Shown here piece after piece: positions 29,728 to 40,172 of a DNA stretch of 64,000 nucleotides (within the stretch, counting starts at the first letter, position 1; the number at the start of each line of letters is the position of its first letter). The notes under the pieces are model-generated. The model did not search any database, was not told the origin of the DNA, and worked only from the letters and a program-made list of their open reading frames with translations. The position numbers and the translations under genes are program-made. The stretch covers positions 352,001-416,000 of the forward strand of contig CALSNU010000001.1 in assembly GCA_943787795.1 (NCBI GenBank), read 5' to 3'. The stretch comes from an uncultured bacterium. Its GTDB lineage: Bacteria > Planctomycetota > UBA1135 > GCA-002686595.

Positions 29728-31773
29728 TCAGGGGAGCTGCGTGGCGGCCGCAAGCACCTGGGTTCGGATGTCGTCGAGGCAGAACGGTTTGGTCACCACA
29801 GCATCGAAGGCTGAGTCACCTTCCTCTAGCGGCAGAGCGTTGAGGACATCAGCGGTCACGGCGACGATACGCGTATTCACGGCGCTGGGTCGAGCCTTGA
29901 TCTCTTCGGCGGCGGAGGCGCCGCAGCACTTCGGCATCTGCAGGTCGAGCAGGATCAGGTCGAAGGAGTCACGGCAGGCCGCGTCGACGGCTGCCCGCCC
30001 GTCCTCGACCAGCTCGAAGTCCACTCCGAGCTCCTTCAGGAAGTGAGCGAGGATCCGCCGGTTGACGGCGTTGTCATCTGCGGCGAGGACCTTCAGGGCA
30101 GGGCTGTCTCTACGGCCCGCCGTGGGGTCGCCGGACGCAGACTCCATTGGGCTGACCTCCGAGTCTGAGGGGTTGAACTCGGAGTCCACCGGGGGGGCGG
30201 CGTGGCAGTGCGTCCCTTTGCCGGATCCCTCGCCGGATTCCTCGCTGAGACCCTCGTCGGACCCCTCGCTGGGACCCTCGCTGGGCCCCTCGCTGGGCCC
30301 CTGTTCAGGGGCCGGCTCTTCGCGGGCCACCGGAATGCACACGTCGAAGCGGCTGCCCTCCCCACGCACGCTCTGGACCTCGATCGTGCCGCCCATGAGG
30401 TGGACGAGCTTCTGCGTGATCGTGAGGCCCAGCCCGCTCCCCCCGTAGTTGGCGGCGATCGTCGAGTCCTCCTGCTGAAACACCTCCCAGATCCGCTCGG
30501 GGTGGCTCATGCCCCGTCCGGTGTCCTTGACGGAGGCGCGCAGGCGCAGGGGCGACTCGTCGGTCCACATGTCAAACTCGACGTGGCCCTCTTCGGTGAA
30601 CTTGACCGCGTTGGAGAGCAGGTTGCTGAAGACCTGAAGGAGACGGTGGGGGTCTCCGATCAGCCGCGTCGACTGGCCGGCGCGAGCGGCCCTTCGAAGC
30701 GTCACTCCCTTGGACGAGGCTTCACCCTGGAAGAGGCTGTGGAGGTCTTGGGCGAGCACGTCGAGATCAAATGCCTCCTCGCGGAGCTCCAGATTGCTCG
30801 ACTCCAGCCGTGTGACCTGAAGGACCTCGTCCAGCACGACGCGCAGGTGATCACCGCAGCGCTTGATCAGCTCAGTATGGTCTCGCTGAGCCGCGGACAT
30901 CCCCGTGGACTCGAGGACCTCGACCAGGCCCATGATTCCGCACAGAGGGGTGCGGATCTCGTGACTCATGGTGGCGAGGAACTCCGACTTGATCCTGCTC
31001 GCGGCCTGCGCCGCGAGCTCGGCCTCTCGCTGTGCGGAGATGTCGGTGTGGGTTCCGGTGAAGCGGATGGGCTGCCCGCTGGCGTCACGCTCCACGACCC
31101 GGCCTCGGTCGAGAATGTGGACCCAGTGACCGTCCTTGTGCCGCATCCGGTGGACGTTCTCGTAGAAGGGGGTCTCGCCGCTCAGGTGCGCCTCGATCGC
31201 CTCGAAGCAGGGCGCGAGGTCATCCGGGTGAACCCGCTCCTCCCACTCCTCGAGGCGGAACTCGATCTCGCTGAGTGAGTATCCGAGCATCTGCGCCCAG
31301 CGCTCGTTGAAGCAGACGTCACCCGACTGGGGGTTCCAGTCCCAGGTCCCCAGGCGGGTGCCCTCGATCACGAGTTCGAGCCGGTCGGACTTCTCCTTCA
31401 GCGCCCGCTGGGAGTCGATGAGTCCGTTGATATCAACGAAGGTGGCGACCACCTGGTCTCGCTGGCCGCTGGGCTCGCTGGCGAGCGCGGTGAGGTGGAA
31501 CCAAGCGGCCTGCCCCTCGCCGAGATGGAGCTCGACGGGCCCGAGGTCGGAGCCGCCACGGTCATGGAGGAGGTCACAAATGGCGTCCTGGAGCCTCTCG
31601 CGGTCCTCCACTCCGAGGACCTCATCGAGGCGCTCGACGCCCAGGGCCTCGAGCTGCCTGGCCAGGTTGCCCGAGGACTCCAGGATCTCCCTGCCTTCCG
31701 CTTCTTCCCAACGGACCAGCGAGACGGGGCCGATGTCGAAGAGTCGGCTGGTTGGCTCCTTGGAGGGCTTCAT
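29728..31773 (-). CDS. Hybrid sensor histidine kinase (PAS/PAC-HisKA-HATPase-REC), cytoplasmic
   Basis: PAS3 'GTWDWN...VHPDD...RMRHKDGHW'; MSHEIRTPL, NAVKFT, GGSGLGL, LLDLQMP; EGPS repeat linker. Confidence 0.93.
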   Translation of the reverse strand: MKPSKEPTSRLFDIGPVSLVRWEEAEGREILESSGNLARQLEALGVERLDEVLGVEDRERLQDAICDLLHDRGGSDLGPVELHLGEGQAAWFHLTALASEPSGQRDQVVATFVDINGLIDSQRALKEKSDRLELVIEGTRLGTWDWNPQSGDVCFNERWAQMLGYSLSEIEFRLEEWEERVHPDDLAPCFEAIEAHLSGETPFYENVHRMRHKDGHWVHILDRGRVVERDASGQPIRFTGTHTDISAQREAELAAQAASRIKSEFLATMSHEIRTPLCGIMGLVEVLESTGMSAAQRDHTELIKRCGDHLRVVLDEVLQVTRLESSNLELREEAFDLDVLAQDLHSLFQGEASSKGVTLRRAARAGQSTRLIGDPHRLLQVFSNLLSNAVKFTEEGHVEFDMWTDESPLRLRASVKDTGRGMSHPERIWEVFQQEDSTIAANYGGSGLGLTITQKLVHLMGGTIEVQSVRGEGSRFDVCIPVAREEPAPEQGPSEGPSEGPSEGSDEGLSEESGEGSGKGTHCHAAPPVDSEFNPSDSEVSPMESASGDPTAGRRDSPALKVLAADDNAVNRRILAHFLKELGVDFELVEDGRAAVDAACRDSFDLILLDLQMPKCCGASAAEEIKARPSAVNTRIVAVTADVLNALPLEEGDSAFDAVVTKPFCLDDIRTQVLAAATQLP

Positions 31774-31896
31774 CTAGTGTTCGCTATCGAAATGCCGAGC
31801 AATGACCTGAAGGGGGCTTTTCGAATCTCCGAGCTCATGGGGGGCTGGGGCGCCCCTGGGCTGGACCGTCTCGCGCTCCCTCTTGGCTCTGCCGTG

Positions 31897-31955
31897 CCTG
31901 TGGCCCGGCCGTCCTGTGACCCGGCCGTCCTGTGACCCGGCCGTCCTCTGGCCCG
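31897..31955. repeat. 16-bp tandem repeat x~3.5 (CCTGTGACCCGGCCGT)
   Basis: Units start at 31897, 31913, 31929 and 31945 (partial). Confidence 0.85.
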
Positions 31956-32101
31956 TGGCCCGGAGTCTCTGGGGCGCCAGGGCGGGCAGGAGGCGATGTC
32001 GAGCGTGTGTCGGTGCCCCTGCGATCCGGGTCCGGCAAGGGCGCGTTTCGGAGGGGAGACAGCCCGCCGGATCCGCCGAGTCCTTCCGGGGTCCAACGGT
32101 G

Positions 32102-32815
32102 ATGACGCGCGCTGGTCACGGACCGCCCCGAGCTTCTTCCGCGCCCGCATGGCTCGTGGTGCCATGCCTCGCGAGGAACTCCACCGGGACCTCCTCCTAC
32201 TGCGAGGCGAGAGCTGGCGACGACCCTCTCACCTTCGGCGCTCTCGCAGCCAGCGTGGCGGGAACGCTCTCTCTGGGGGGCTGCGCCGAGGATGGACCGC
32301 TGATCGGGTTTGTGCAAGACGGGCGATCAGGGCTTGAGGGTGTTGAGGTGGCCGGGAGGTCCTGGAAGGAGCTCAGGGGCGGGATGGCCTTCGGTCTCTC
32401 GATCACCAACACGACCTCCGCAGAGCTAGGCGGCGTACGGGTGGTTCTCAACGATGAGTATCGCTGCGGGCTCGAAGCGCTCATGGAGTACGGGGGGGGC
32501 TTCGCGGGCACGGTCCCCCACGGGCGGTCCACGCTGCGGCCGAACGAGTCCATGAGGTTCGAGGTGAATCACGACACGTCGAACGGCCGGGTCATGCGCA
32601 ATGCGAGTCAGCAGCCGCTACCTGATGACCTGAAGCTTGCTAGCGTGACCCTCGAGGCTGGCGGTTCATCCGGGCGGTTCATCCGGGCGGTTCATTCGGG
32701 CGGTGGGTCCGACCCGGGGAGTGAGCCTCTCGCGACGATGCTGAGCGCGGGCACGGCGAGGGGGCAAGCACCGTCGAGTCCGCAGGTCGCTTCCCTGGGG
32801 CCCAACGTGAGGTGA
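32102..32815 (+). CDS. Hypothetical protein, possibly a lipoprotein
   Basis: Lipobox-like 'LSLGGC' followed by a beta-rich region; start and N-terminal frame uncertain. Confidence 0.4.
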   Translation: MTRAGHGPPRASSAPAWLVVPCLARNSTGTSSYCEARAGDDPLTFGALAASVAGTLSLGGCAEDGPLIGFVQDGRSGLEGVEVAGRSWKELRGGMAFGLSITNTTSAELGGVRVVLNDEYRCGLEALMEYGGGFAGTVPHGRSTLRPNESMRFEVNHDTSNGRVMRNASQQPLPDDLKLASVTLEAGGSSGRFIRAVHSGGGSDPGSEPLATMLSAGTARGQAPSSPQVASLGPNVR

Positions 32816-32981
32816 ACCCAGGTCGCCGGCGTGCGACGTCAAGACCCGGGGTGGGCCCTCAAGGCTCGCGGTCGATGGCGGCGGAGACCCGGAGCGTTCG
32901 CAAGACCCCGTCCGGTTGATGGGGTCGCCGAGCGGAGCACGTGAAGCGCGCGCGAGGGAGAGGTGACGACCGCCGTGACGG

Positions 32982-33467
32982 TCAGCTCGGCGGGTCACCG
33001 AGCGCCTTGATCACCTCAGGTGGCGCCTGCACGAGCTCGAGGAGGACGCCGGTGGCGCCGATGGGGGAGGCTTCGTTGCCCTTCGGGTGGACGAAGCAGA
33101 CATCGTGTCCCGCAGCTCCGGGGCTGATCTCACCGAGGACGCGAACTCCCTCCTGTTTCAGCCACTCGACGGCGGCGGTGAGGTCGTCGACCCACAGGCC
33201 GATGTGGTTGAGGGCTGGAGAGTTGACGCGTGGGCTCTGGTTTGCATTGACGGGCTCCATCAGGTCAATCTCGACCGCGTGGGGCCCTGCGCCGAGGGTG
33301 AGGATGTCTTCATCCACGTTGTGGCTCTCGCTGCGGTATGAGCCGGTCTTCGGGATCCCGAGGAGACCGCTCCAGAACGCGCGAAGGGCGCCCTTGTCGT
33401 CACCGCCGATCGCGATCTGCTGGACGCCGAGGACTCTGAAGGGGCGAGCGGGGGGGCGGTGGCTCAT
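32982..33467 (-). CDS. VOC/glyoxalase family protein (methylmalonyl-CoA epimerase-like)
   Basis: [36 protein letters not shown]. Confidence 0.88.
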   Translation of the reverse strand: MSHRPPARPFRVLGVQQIAIGGDDKGALRAFWSGLLGIPKTGSYRSESHNVDEDILTLGAGPHAVEIDLMEPVNANQSPRVNSPALNHIGLWVDDLTAAVEWLKQEGVRVLGEISPGAAGHDVCFVHPKGNEASPIGATGVLLELVQAPPEVIKALGDPPS

Positions 33468-33498
33468 CGGACGGGGGGCCGGCTCAGCCGGAGGGCGA

Positions 33499-35025
33499 TC
33501 AGGGGATGATCGACCAGCGAGCGAAGGAGCCCGCCGTTTCGAACAGGCTCAGCGTGCCGGTGGGCGCGTCGTAGCACCAGCGGGCGGCTCCTGGCCCGTT
33601 CGCGCAGACGTTTGCGATCAGGAGGTTGTTGCGCCGGACGCTCGACGGGGGGGCGGTCAGCCCTGAGACTGAGATCTCCGTGGCGTTCCCGTCGATGGCG
33701 TAGGTCTGGATCTCGAGGCCAAGATTGGCGTCCAGCTGGAGCTCGTCGACGTTCAGCGTCACGCGCTGGATGTTCTCTCGACCAAAGATCTCGACCATGC
33801 CGGCCGCGGTGGTGCCGGGGAGCACGCGGTAGTCGAAGGCCGCGAACTCGCCGCTGCCATGGGCGATCACATCAAACCCGTTCCACCGCCCGTCCCGGTC
33901 CGCAAGGACCTTCCCCGCAGCGGTGAGGGGCGCGAGGCTCTGCATCTCGAGCCAGTCGCAGACCTCGGACTCGATCAGGAGATCCCAGCAGTGACCCGGG
34001 AGGCCTGTCACGCCGCACGGCTGCGAGGTCATCTCGACGAAGAGTTCGTGCGAGAGGCTCGGCTCGCCTGACATGAACCGGTCCAGCTCGTCGGATTGGC
34101 TCCGCAGGTAGGCCTTGGGGTCGTTGACGTAGTAGTACGTGCGGACCGGAACCCCGGTGAGGTTGACGGCCATGTGGCGGCCAGCGGGGAGCAGGCTACC
34201 GTCGGTCAGCGAGAGGTCGATGGAGGCCGCCCGCTGGTACTCGAAGCGCGGGGGAGGTCCTCCGAAGGTGGCCTCGAGGGGCGTTCGAATCGCGGGTTCG
34301 TGGCTCCACACGTCCGAAGGGCTCACGGCGCCGGTGTGGTTGACGACGGCCGCAAAAGCGCCGGTCTTCCGGTCGCGGTGACGCGCGGCGTAGCTGAGGG
34401 CATTGCCGCCACCCATGGAGAAACCGATGCCGTAGATCCGGTCCAGGTCGATCGGCCATTCGTCGAGGACGTAGTTCAGCACATACTCGACGTTCAGCTG
34501 GCTCTCCGCCGAGCCGAAGCTGATGTCCCCGGTGTTCAGGACCGGGTTGATCTGGATCGGCGCGAGGACGAACCAATCGCGGGCGGCGGCCTCCGCGAGG
34601 AATTCCGTGTTGTAGTAGGAGAAGTCGAGGTGGGAGACTCCGAAGCCGTGGAAGCCGACGATCATCGGCCGGGCCTGCCCGGAGGGCGAGCTGGGCACGT
34701 AGAGGGTGAAGAGTTCGTCGGTCCCCGTCGCGGGAACGAACAGGCGGAGGACGTACGCCGTCCCGCCGATTCCCGGGATCAGCTTGGGGGCCGAGAGCGC
34801 AGGGACCGCGATGCTCGTGAGCCAGGCGGTGGTCGCTTGACCGACGCGCAGCTGCTGCGGGGTCATCGCGGACGGATTCCCGCCCGGACGGCCGAGGAGC
34901 GTCCGGAGCCCGACGCCGGGGAGCGAGCGGCCTCCGTTGCGTTGCGGAGTCGCGAACCCTGCAGACGTCAGCACCATGGCCAGGAGCAGCCAAAGGGTGG
35001 TGAGGTGGGCGGGGCGGGTGCGCAT
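33499..35025 (-). CDS. Secreted alpha/beta-hydrolase (esterase/peptidase S9-like)
   Basis: Signal peptide; [22 protein letters not shown] nucleophile elbow; PGHCW. Confidence 0.82.
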   Translation of the reverse strand: MRTRPAHLTTLWLLLAMVLTSAGFATPQRNGGRSLPGVGLRTLLGRPGGNPSAMTPQQLRVGQATTAWLTSIAVPALSAPKLIPGIGGTAYVLRLFVPATGTDELFTLYVPSSPSGQARPMIVGFHGFGVSHLDFSYYNTEFLAEAAARDWFVLAPIQINPVLNTGDISFGSAESQLNVEYVLNYVLDEWPIDLDRIYGIGFSMGGGNALSYAARHRDRKTGAFAAVVNHTGAVSPSDVWSHEPAIRTPLEATFGGPPPRFEYQRAASIDLSLTDGSLLPAGRHMAVNLTGVPVRTYYYVNDPKAYLRSQSDELDRFMSGEPSLSHELFVEMTSQPCGVTGLPGHCWDLLIESEVCDWLEMQSLAPLTAAGKVLADRDGRWNGFDVIAHGSGEFAAFDYRVLPGTTAAGMVEIFGRENIQRVTLNVDELQLDANLGLEIQTYAIDGNATEISVSGLTAPPSSVRRNNLLIANVCANGPGAARWCYDAPTGTLSLFETAGSFARWSIIP

Positions 35026-35360
35026 GGTGCAGCGGGCTCGTCGGGTCGGCGGGTGCGAGCCGCCTTCGCAGGAAGACTATCCCGCTGAGCTACGGCCGTC
35101 TTCGTAGAAGAAGGTAGTCGGGCAGAAGGGTCGACCAAGAGGACGGACTTCTGGCTCGATACGAGTCCGTTCGGGGGGCCAGGGGAGAGGCTCATGGGGC
35201 CGCCGAATCAGCCTTGTCTCAATATAGGACAAATGTGGCCGCGTGTGGCTCAGGAACGGAGCATGCCCAGCGCTTGTGCTCCCGCGGCGCCCTCCGCCCG
35301 CGCTGCCCGTCCCTTGATGTCCTCAGGCTCGCCTTGGGCAGTGATCCCGGACGGCCACGC

Positions 35361-36968
35361 TCAGGGATTGGGGGCGACCTTGTGCTGCTCGGCGGTCTCC
35401 GGCTGCAGCTGGGCGTACTCCTCGGAGAGGTCCTCTTGCGTCTGGCCCGTGGCGCGGACGTAGAGGTCGAAGAGCTTCTGCTCGACCGGGAACCCGTAGG
35501 CGCCCCGTTCGAGGCGACGGCCGGCGATGCGAGAGAGGAGCTTGCGCATCCACATGGGCCCCTCTTGCACGTGCATGTCGTAGATCGCGGCCGTGTTGTT
35601 GTAGCGCGCCCACGTGTTGCGGATCGACTCGGGCAGCGGGGTGTTCTGCGAGTTGTACTTGTACTCGAAGCAGTTGCCCCACTCGTCGAAGTTGGTGGGG
35701 GCCTCATAGCCGAGCTTGACCGCGTGGTCGAAGTCCTCGGTGCCCGGGATCGGCCGGAACGGATAGACGTCCGAGCCCGCCGCGGGATAGAGGTACTTGA
35801 GGTGAGCCGCGGCCTTGAGCGTGGCGGCCATGGACTCCTCGGTCTCGCCGGGGTAGCCGATGATCCAGAAAGTACCGGGCACGATGTTGCGCTTCACGAG
35901 CTCGCCCACGGCGATCGGAATATGGTCGATCCCGATGTGCTTCTTGATGCGCTCCTGCATGTCGGCGGTGCCGGTCTCGGCGCCGAGCCACAGCAGGTGG
36001 CACTTGGACTCTTCAAGGAGATCCAGCGTCGTCTCCTTGTAGCGCATGATCGTCTCGATCTCGATCGTGCCGTTCCAGTGGATCGGCACCTCGAGGTTGA
36101 CCAGCTCCTGGCAGAACTCCTTGGTGCGCTTCTCGGCGACCCCGAAGTTGGCGTCCTGGAAGCGCAGCACGTCGAAGCCGAAGCGCTGCTGAAGCTCCGC
36201 GACCTCCTCGGCGAGCGCCTTGCCCGAGATCGCCTTCCAGCGGCGACCTGTGAGCTTGGGGGAGCAGCAGAAGGTGCACGGCTCGGGGCACCCGAAGCTC
36301 GAGAACATGCTGAAGCCCTTGGGCGGATTGTCCGGCGTCCAGTGCCCGGGGAGCGGGAACCGGTGGCGGACCTTCATGTTCCCGGAGGGGGCGAGCTGCA
36401 GCTCGACGTAGCGGTCGTACTCGAGGAGGTGCCAGGGCACCGGCTCGAACTTCTCGAAGCCGACGACGGGCCGGTGGTCGGTGTAGACCGGCTTGCCGTC
36501 GCGGTTCACAACGAGCCCGGGGACCTCCTCGAGGTTCCCGCCGCTGGCCACGCAGTTCACGACATCCCTGAAGGTGAGCTCGCCCTGGCCGATCCCGACG
36601 GCGTCGGCGATGCCCTGCTCGATGTAGAGCTCAGGCGTGACGCTGGGGAACCAGCCGCCCCAGATGATCGGGAGGTCGGGGTGCTTCTCCCGGACCATCT
36701 TCGCGGCGACGTAGCCGTCGTAGACCTGGTAGCCGAGGATGCACGAAGACGCGAAGAGCAGGGCGCCCTCGCAGGCCTCGTCGATCTTCCGGAGGTAGTC
36801 CGGCTCGATCATCGCGTCGATCATCACCACCTCGAACCCGTCGGCCACCGGGCCGGACGCGATCTGCAGCAGCTCGAGCGGCAAGAGGTCGGCGCTGAAC
36901 CGCTCACCGCGCGAGGGGTCAGCGCGGTGGGGGAGGAACAGGACGATCTTGTTCTTGCGTTGGATCAT
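35361..36968 (-). CDS. Cobalamin-binding radical SAM protein (class B), paralogue 2
   Basis: B12-binding N-terminus (PLELLQIA, IIWGGWFPS, GQGE); CPEPCTFC; FQDANF, GAETG, IIGYPGET. Confidence 0.92.
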   Translation of the reverse strand: MIQRKNKIVLFLPHRADPSRGERFSADLLPLELLQIASGPVADGFEVVMIDAMIEPDYLRKIDEACEGALLFASSCILGYQVYDGYVAAKMVREKHPDLPIIWGGWFPSVTPELYIEQGIADAVGIGQGELTFRDVVNCVASGGNLEEVPGLVVNRDGKPVYTDHRPVVGFEKFEPVPWHLLEYDRYVELQLAPSGNMKVRHRFPLPGHWTPDNPPKGFSMFSSFGCPEPCTFCCSPKLTGRRWKAISGKALAEEVAELQQRFGFDVLRFQDANFGVAEKRTKEFCQELVNLEVPIHWNGTIEIETIMRYKETTLDLLEESKCHLLWLGAETGTADMQERIKKHIGIDHIPIAVGELVKRNIVPGTFWIIGYPGETEESMAATLKAAAHLKYLYPAAGSDVYPFRPIPGTEDFDHAVKLGYEAPTNFDEWGNCFEYKYNSQNTPLPESIRNTWARYNNTAAIYDMHVQEGPMWMRKLLSRIAGRRLERGAYGFPVEQKLFDLYVRATGQTQEDLSEEYAQLQPETAEQHKVAPNP

Positions 36969-37001
36969 CGGGAGGGCAGGGGCGTCAGGCGAGAGGACCG
37001 G

Positions 37002-38636
37002 TCAGGACCCCGGACGGTTGTAGACAGGGGCGCTGGTGGTCAGGCCGACGGTCTGATCGAGGCCCGGGGCCGCGATCTCCTGCGCCGCCGCGTTCAGCTT
37101 GTCAGCCTTCGTCTGCTTGGTGAGCTTGACGTAGGTGTGGAAGGCCTTGTGCTCGAGCGGGAAGCCGTAGTTGCCCGTGCGAAGCCGCCAGCCAGAGATC
37201 TTCTTGAGCGCCGCGCGGAACCACTCGGCGCCCTCCATGGCGAGGCCGTCGTAGAAGGTCGAGGCCACGCCGTAACGCTTCCAGGTGCGGAGCACGTCCT
37301 CGGGGATCTGGATGTCATCGAAGGACTCCCGGTACTCAAGGCAGCCGCCCCACTCCTCGAGGGTGCGCGGGGCCTTGTAGCCGAGCCGGACGGCCTTGTC
37401 GAAGTCCTCGGTTCCGGGGATGGGCCGGAAGGGGAAGACATCCGAGGCGGCGCGGGGGAACTTCAGCTTCATCTCTGCGGCGCGGCGCAGGGTCGAGAAC
37501 ATGGACTCCTCGGTCTCGCCGGGGTAGCCGATGATCCAGGAGCAGCCCGTCGTGATGTTGCGCTCGTACATCGCGCGCAGGCTGGTCTCGAAGTGCCCGG
37601 TGTCGATGTTCTTCTTGATGACCGCCTGCTGCTCGGCAGAGCCGGCCTCGGCGCCGAGGCTGACCATGTGGCACTTGGACTCCTGGAGCTTGTCCAGGGA
37701 CTCCTTCTTGTAGCGTGCGATGGTCTCGATCTCGTAGCAGCCCGACCACCAGAACGGCGAGCCGTGCTCGATGAGCGTCTCGGTGAACTCGTTGGAGCGC
37801 TTCTCCGCGACGCCGAAGTTGGCGTCCTGGAAGCGCATCACGTTGAAGTTGAAGCGGTCCTGGAGCTCGAGGAGGTCCTCGGCGAGCTTCTTGCCGGGGA
37901 TGGCCTTCCAGCGCCGGCCCGTGACCATGGGGGAGCAGCAGAAGGTGCAGGGCTCCGGGCAACCAAAGCTCGAGAAGTAGCTGAAGCCGCGGACCTGGGT
38001 CCCGGCGGGCATGTCCCAGGGGTCCGGGTACTTGTGCCGCATCTTCCACGGCCCCGGGTTCTGCTGGCGCTCGACGTACTCCTCGAAGTCGATCAGGTGC
38101 CACGGGGCGTCGGGGAACTTGTCGAAGCCGACCACCGGGCGGTGGTCCGTCATGATCGTCTTGCCGTCGCGCTCCACCATGAGGCCGGGGACCGTCTCCA
38201 GGCTCTCGCCGGAGTCGATGGCCTGGACGACGTCGCGGAAGGTGAGCTCCCCCTGGCCGAGGCCGACGGCGTCGGCGATCCCCTCCTTGAAGAAGAGGTC
38301 GGGAGCCACGCTTGGGAACCATCCGCCCCAGATGATCGGCAGGTCAGGGTGTCGTTGGCGGATCGCCTTGGCGACGCGCGCTCCGTGGGCGACCTGGAAG
38401 CCGAGGATGCAGGAGCTCGCAAAGAGCAGTGCCCCGTCGCAGGCTTCCATCAGCCGGTCCATGTAGTCGTCGTGGACCATGGCATCCACGATCACGACCT
38501 CGTAGCCCTCTTGCACCGGCCAGGCTGCAATCTGGAGCAGCTCGAGCGGGAGGAGGTCGGCCGCAACGCGTACACCCTCCTCCGGATCTGCCCGATGGGG
38601 CATGAACAGCACGATGCGTTTCTTGCGCTGGATCAT
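37002..38636 (-). CDS. Cobalamin-binding radical SAM protein (class B), paralogue 1
   Basis: Same motifs as its neighbour; start at MIQRKKR by alignment with the paralogue. Confidence 0.92.
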   Translation of the reverse strand: MIQRKKRIVLFMPHRADPEEGVRVAADLLPLELLQIAAWPVQEGYEVVIVDAMVHDDYMDRLMEACDGALLFASSCILGFQVAHGARVAKAIRQRHPDLPIIWGGWFPSVAPDLFFKEGIADAVGLGQGELTFRDVVQAIDSGESLETVPGLMVERDGKTIMTDHRPVVGFDKFPDAPWHLIDFEEYVERQQNPGPWKMRHKYPDPWDMPAGTQVRGFSYFSSFGCPEPCTFCCSPMVTGRRWKAIPGKKLAEDLLELQDRFNFNVMRFQDANFGVAEKRSNEFTETLIEHGSPFWWSGCYEIETIARYKKESLDKLQESKCHMVSLGAEAGSAEQQAVIKKNIDTGHFETSLRAMYERNITTGCSWIIGYPGETEESMFSTLRRAAEMKLKFPRAASDVFPFRPIPGTEDFDKAVRLGYKAPRTLEEWGGCLEYRESFDDIQIPEDVLRTWKRYGVASTFYDGLAMEGAEWFRAALKKISGWRLRTGNYGFPLEHKAFHTYVKLTKQTKADKLNAAAQEIAAPGLDQTVGLTTSAPVYNRPGS

Positions 38637-38923
38637 GGGATGGACGCGGGGGAGGAGACCCTCTGTGAATAGATCGGCTCTGAGGAGGGGTCCGGTGAGG
38701 GGGGATCTCTGCGAAACCTCACCCTGCCGCTGGTTGGCACACCTGCTCTGCACCTCAGGTTACCCGAGCCCGACGAGTGGGGGGACGGCTGACGCGCGAC
38801 CGCGGCACAGGCTGCGGGCAGCGGACGTGGTTTATTGCCCCATGTCCCGCAGGGAGACCGCGGCAGGGGCGGGGTGCTTGCGCTCCCTGCGCCGGACCGG
38901 GGCTCTTGGAGCTAGGGGAGTCC

Positions 38924-40168
38924 CTAGTATGTTTCTTCGACCCACGCCTTCCAGCTGCGGTCGAACTGGGCGTAGCTCATGCCCAGTTCGTCGCGAAACA
39001 GGGACCTCTGGACGTCGGGGAGCGTCGTGGCGTCGTCGATATGCTGGTCGTTCTTGATGCCCGAGATCGTCGCCAGGTAGGTCTTCAGGAACTCGGGGTG
39101 AACCTCGACGAGGTAGTCGAAGATCGACCACGTGGCGAGGTGGTGGGGCTTTTCCAGCTCCGCGAAGGTGCGCATCTTCACCATGGAGGCGAAGGAGGGC
39201 GCGTCGCTGGACTTCACCAACTTCAGGGTCGGGCCCTTCCAGTCGGACTTCTTGAACATCTGTGCGGCAGAGCCCTCCGAGGAGTCGAAGGTGTTGAAGC
39301 GCGGGTTGAGGTTCCTCTCGAACCAGTGCGCCGCCCCCTCGCGGATCCAGATGGGCTTGTCGTACGAGTAGTGCTTGTACCCGTTCATCATCATCTGAGT
39401 GACGTTGAATACGACGTGGCCGTGCATCCCCTCGTCGACGTTGAGCTGACCTTGTCCGCCGTGGGCGATGAAGCAGAGGGCGTCGCGATCGCGGATATTC
39501 CAGCGCTGGCTGAGCTTGGTGGTCAGCCCGAGGCGGGCGGTGAGGAAGCGCGTCGACCACTTCTCCGAGGGGAGCAGCAAGACCTCGAACTTCCCCATCT
39601 GACCCATGTAGGGGCCGATACCGAAGTAGGGCGTCCCGATGTCCCAGATCTCCTTGTTGGACGCGAAGGTCTCGTCGGTCACGCCTAGGAGCTCTTGCAC
39701 GCGGTCGTAGTGCTCTTCGAGGCGCTGCGCATAGAGGTGCGCCCGCAGCCACGGGTCCAGGATCTTGGTGTCCGGCTTCACCACGGGGAGGGCGGCCTGG
39801 AGCTTCGTGAGCTCGGCCTTGACCTTCTTGCGCTCCTCCTTGGTCACTTTGACCTTGGGGAGGGCGATGCCGAGCTCGAAGTGGGGCGTCTCGATCCACC
39901 GGATGTCGAGACCATCGAGGAGCGCGGCGACCTCCTTGGTCGTGTCCGGGGCCGCGCCGAACTCGAAGCCGCCCATGGAGACGTATCCAGCGGCCTCGAT
40001 GTACTTCTGCTTTCCACCGCGCGTGTAGGGGTCGTTCGCCGGGTCCGTGAGGGGCTTGGAGCGATCGAGCGGCTTCTGGGCCCCGGCGATGGCGGTGAGG
40101 GCGATCACGCCCCAGAGGCCCGTGGCGAAGAGGCGTATTAACTTGGGTGCACGAGTCATGGTCTTCAT
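38924..40168 (-). CDS. Hypothetical exported protein with a zincin-like 'WxxEGxA' segment
   Basis: Signal peptide ending AIAGA|Q; WIREGAAHWFE; no HExxH seen. Confidence 0.75.
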   Translation of the reverse strand: MKTMTRAPKLIRLFATGLWGVIALTAIAGAQKPLDRSKPLTDPANDPYTRGGKQKYIEAAGYVSMGGFEFGAAPDTTKEVAALLDGLDIRWIETPHFELGIALPKVKVTKEERKKVKAELTKLQAALPVVKPDTKILDPWLRAHLYAQRLEEHYDRVQELLGVTDETFASNKEIWDIGTPYFGIGPYMGQMGKFEVLLLPSEKWSTRFLTARLGLTTKLSQRWNIRDRDALCFIAHGGQGQLNVDEGMHGHVVFNVTQMMMNGYKHYSYDKPIWIREGAAHWFERNLNPRFNTFDSSEGSAAQMFKKSDWKGPTLKLVKSSDAPSFASMVKMRTFAELEKPHHLATWSIFDYLVEVHPEFLKTYLATISGIKNDQHIDDATTLPDVQRSLFRDELGMSYAQFDRSWKAWVEETY

Positions 40169-40172
40169 GAGG

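Noticed and set aside
35026..35360. RiPP precursor peptide for the radical SAM pair (38637-38923 also examined)
   Set aside because: No short ORF with a convincing RBS, leader-core structure or coding-like codon usage
35214..38672. 1152-aa plus-strand ORF
   Set aside because: Antisense shadow of the two radical SAM genes, typical of high-GC DNA; no protein motifs
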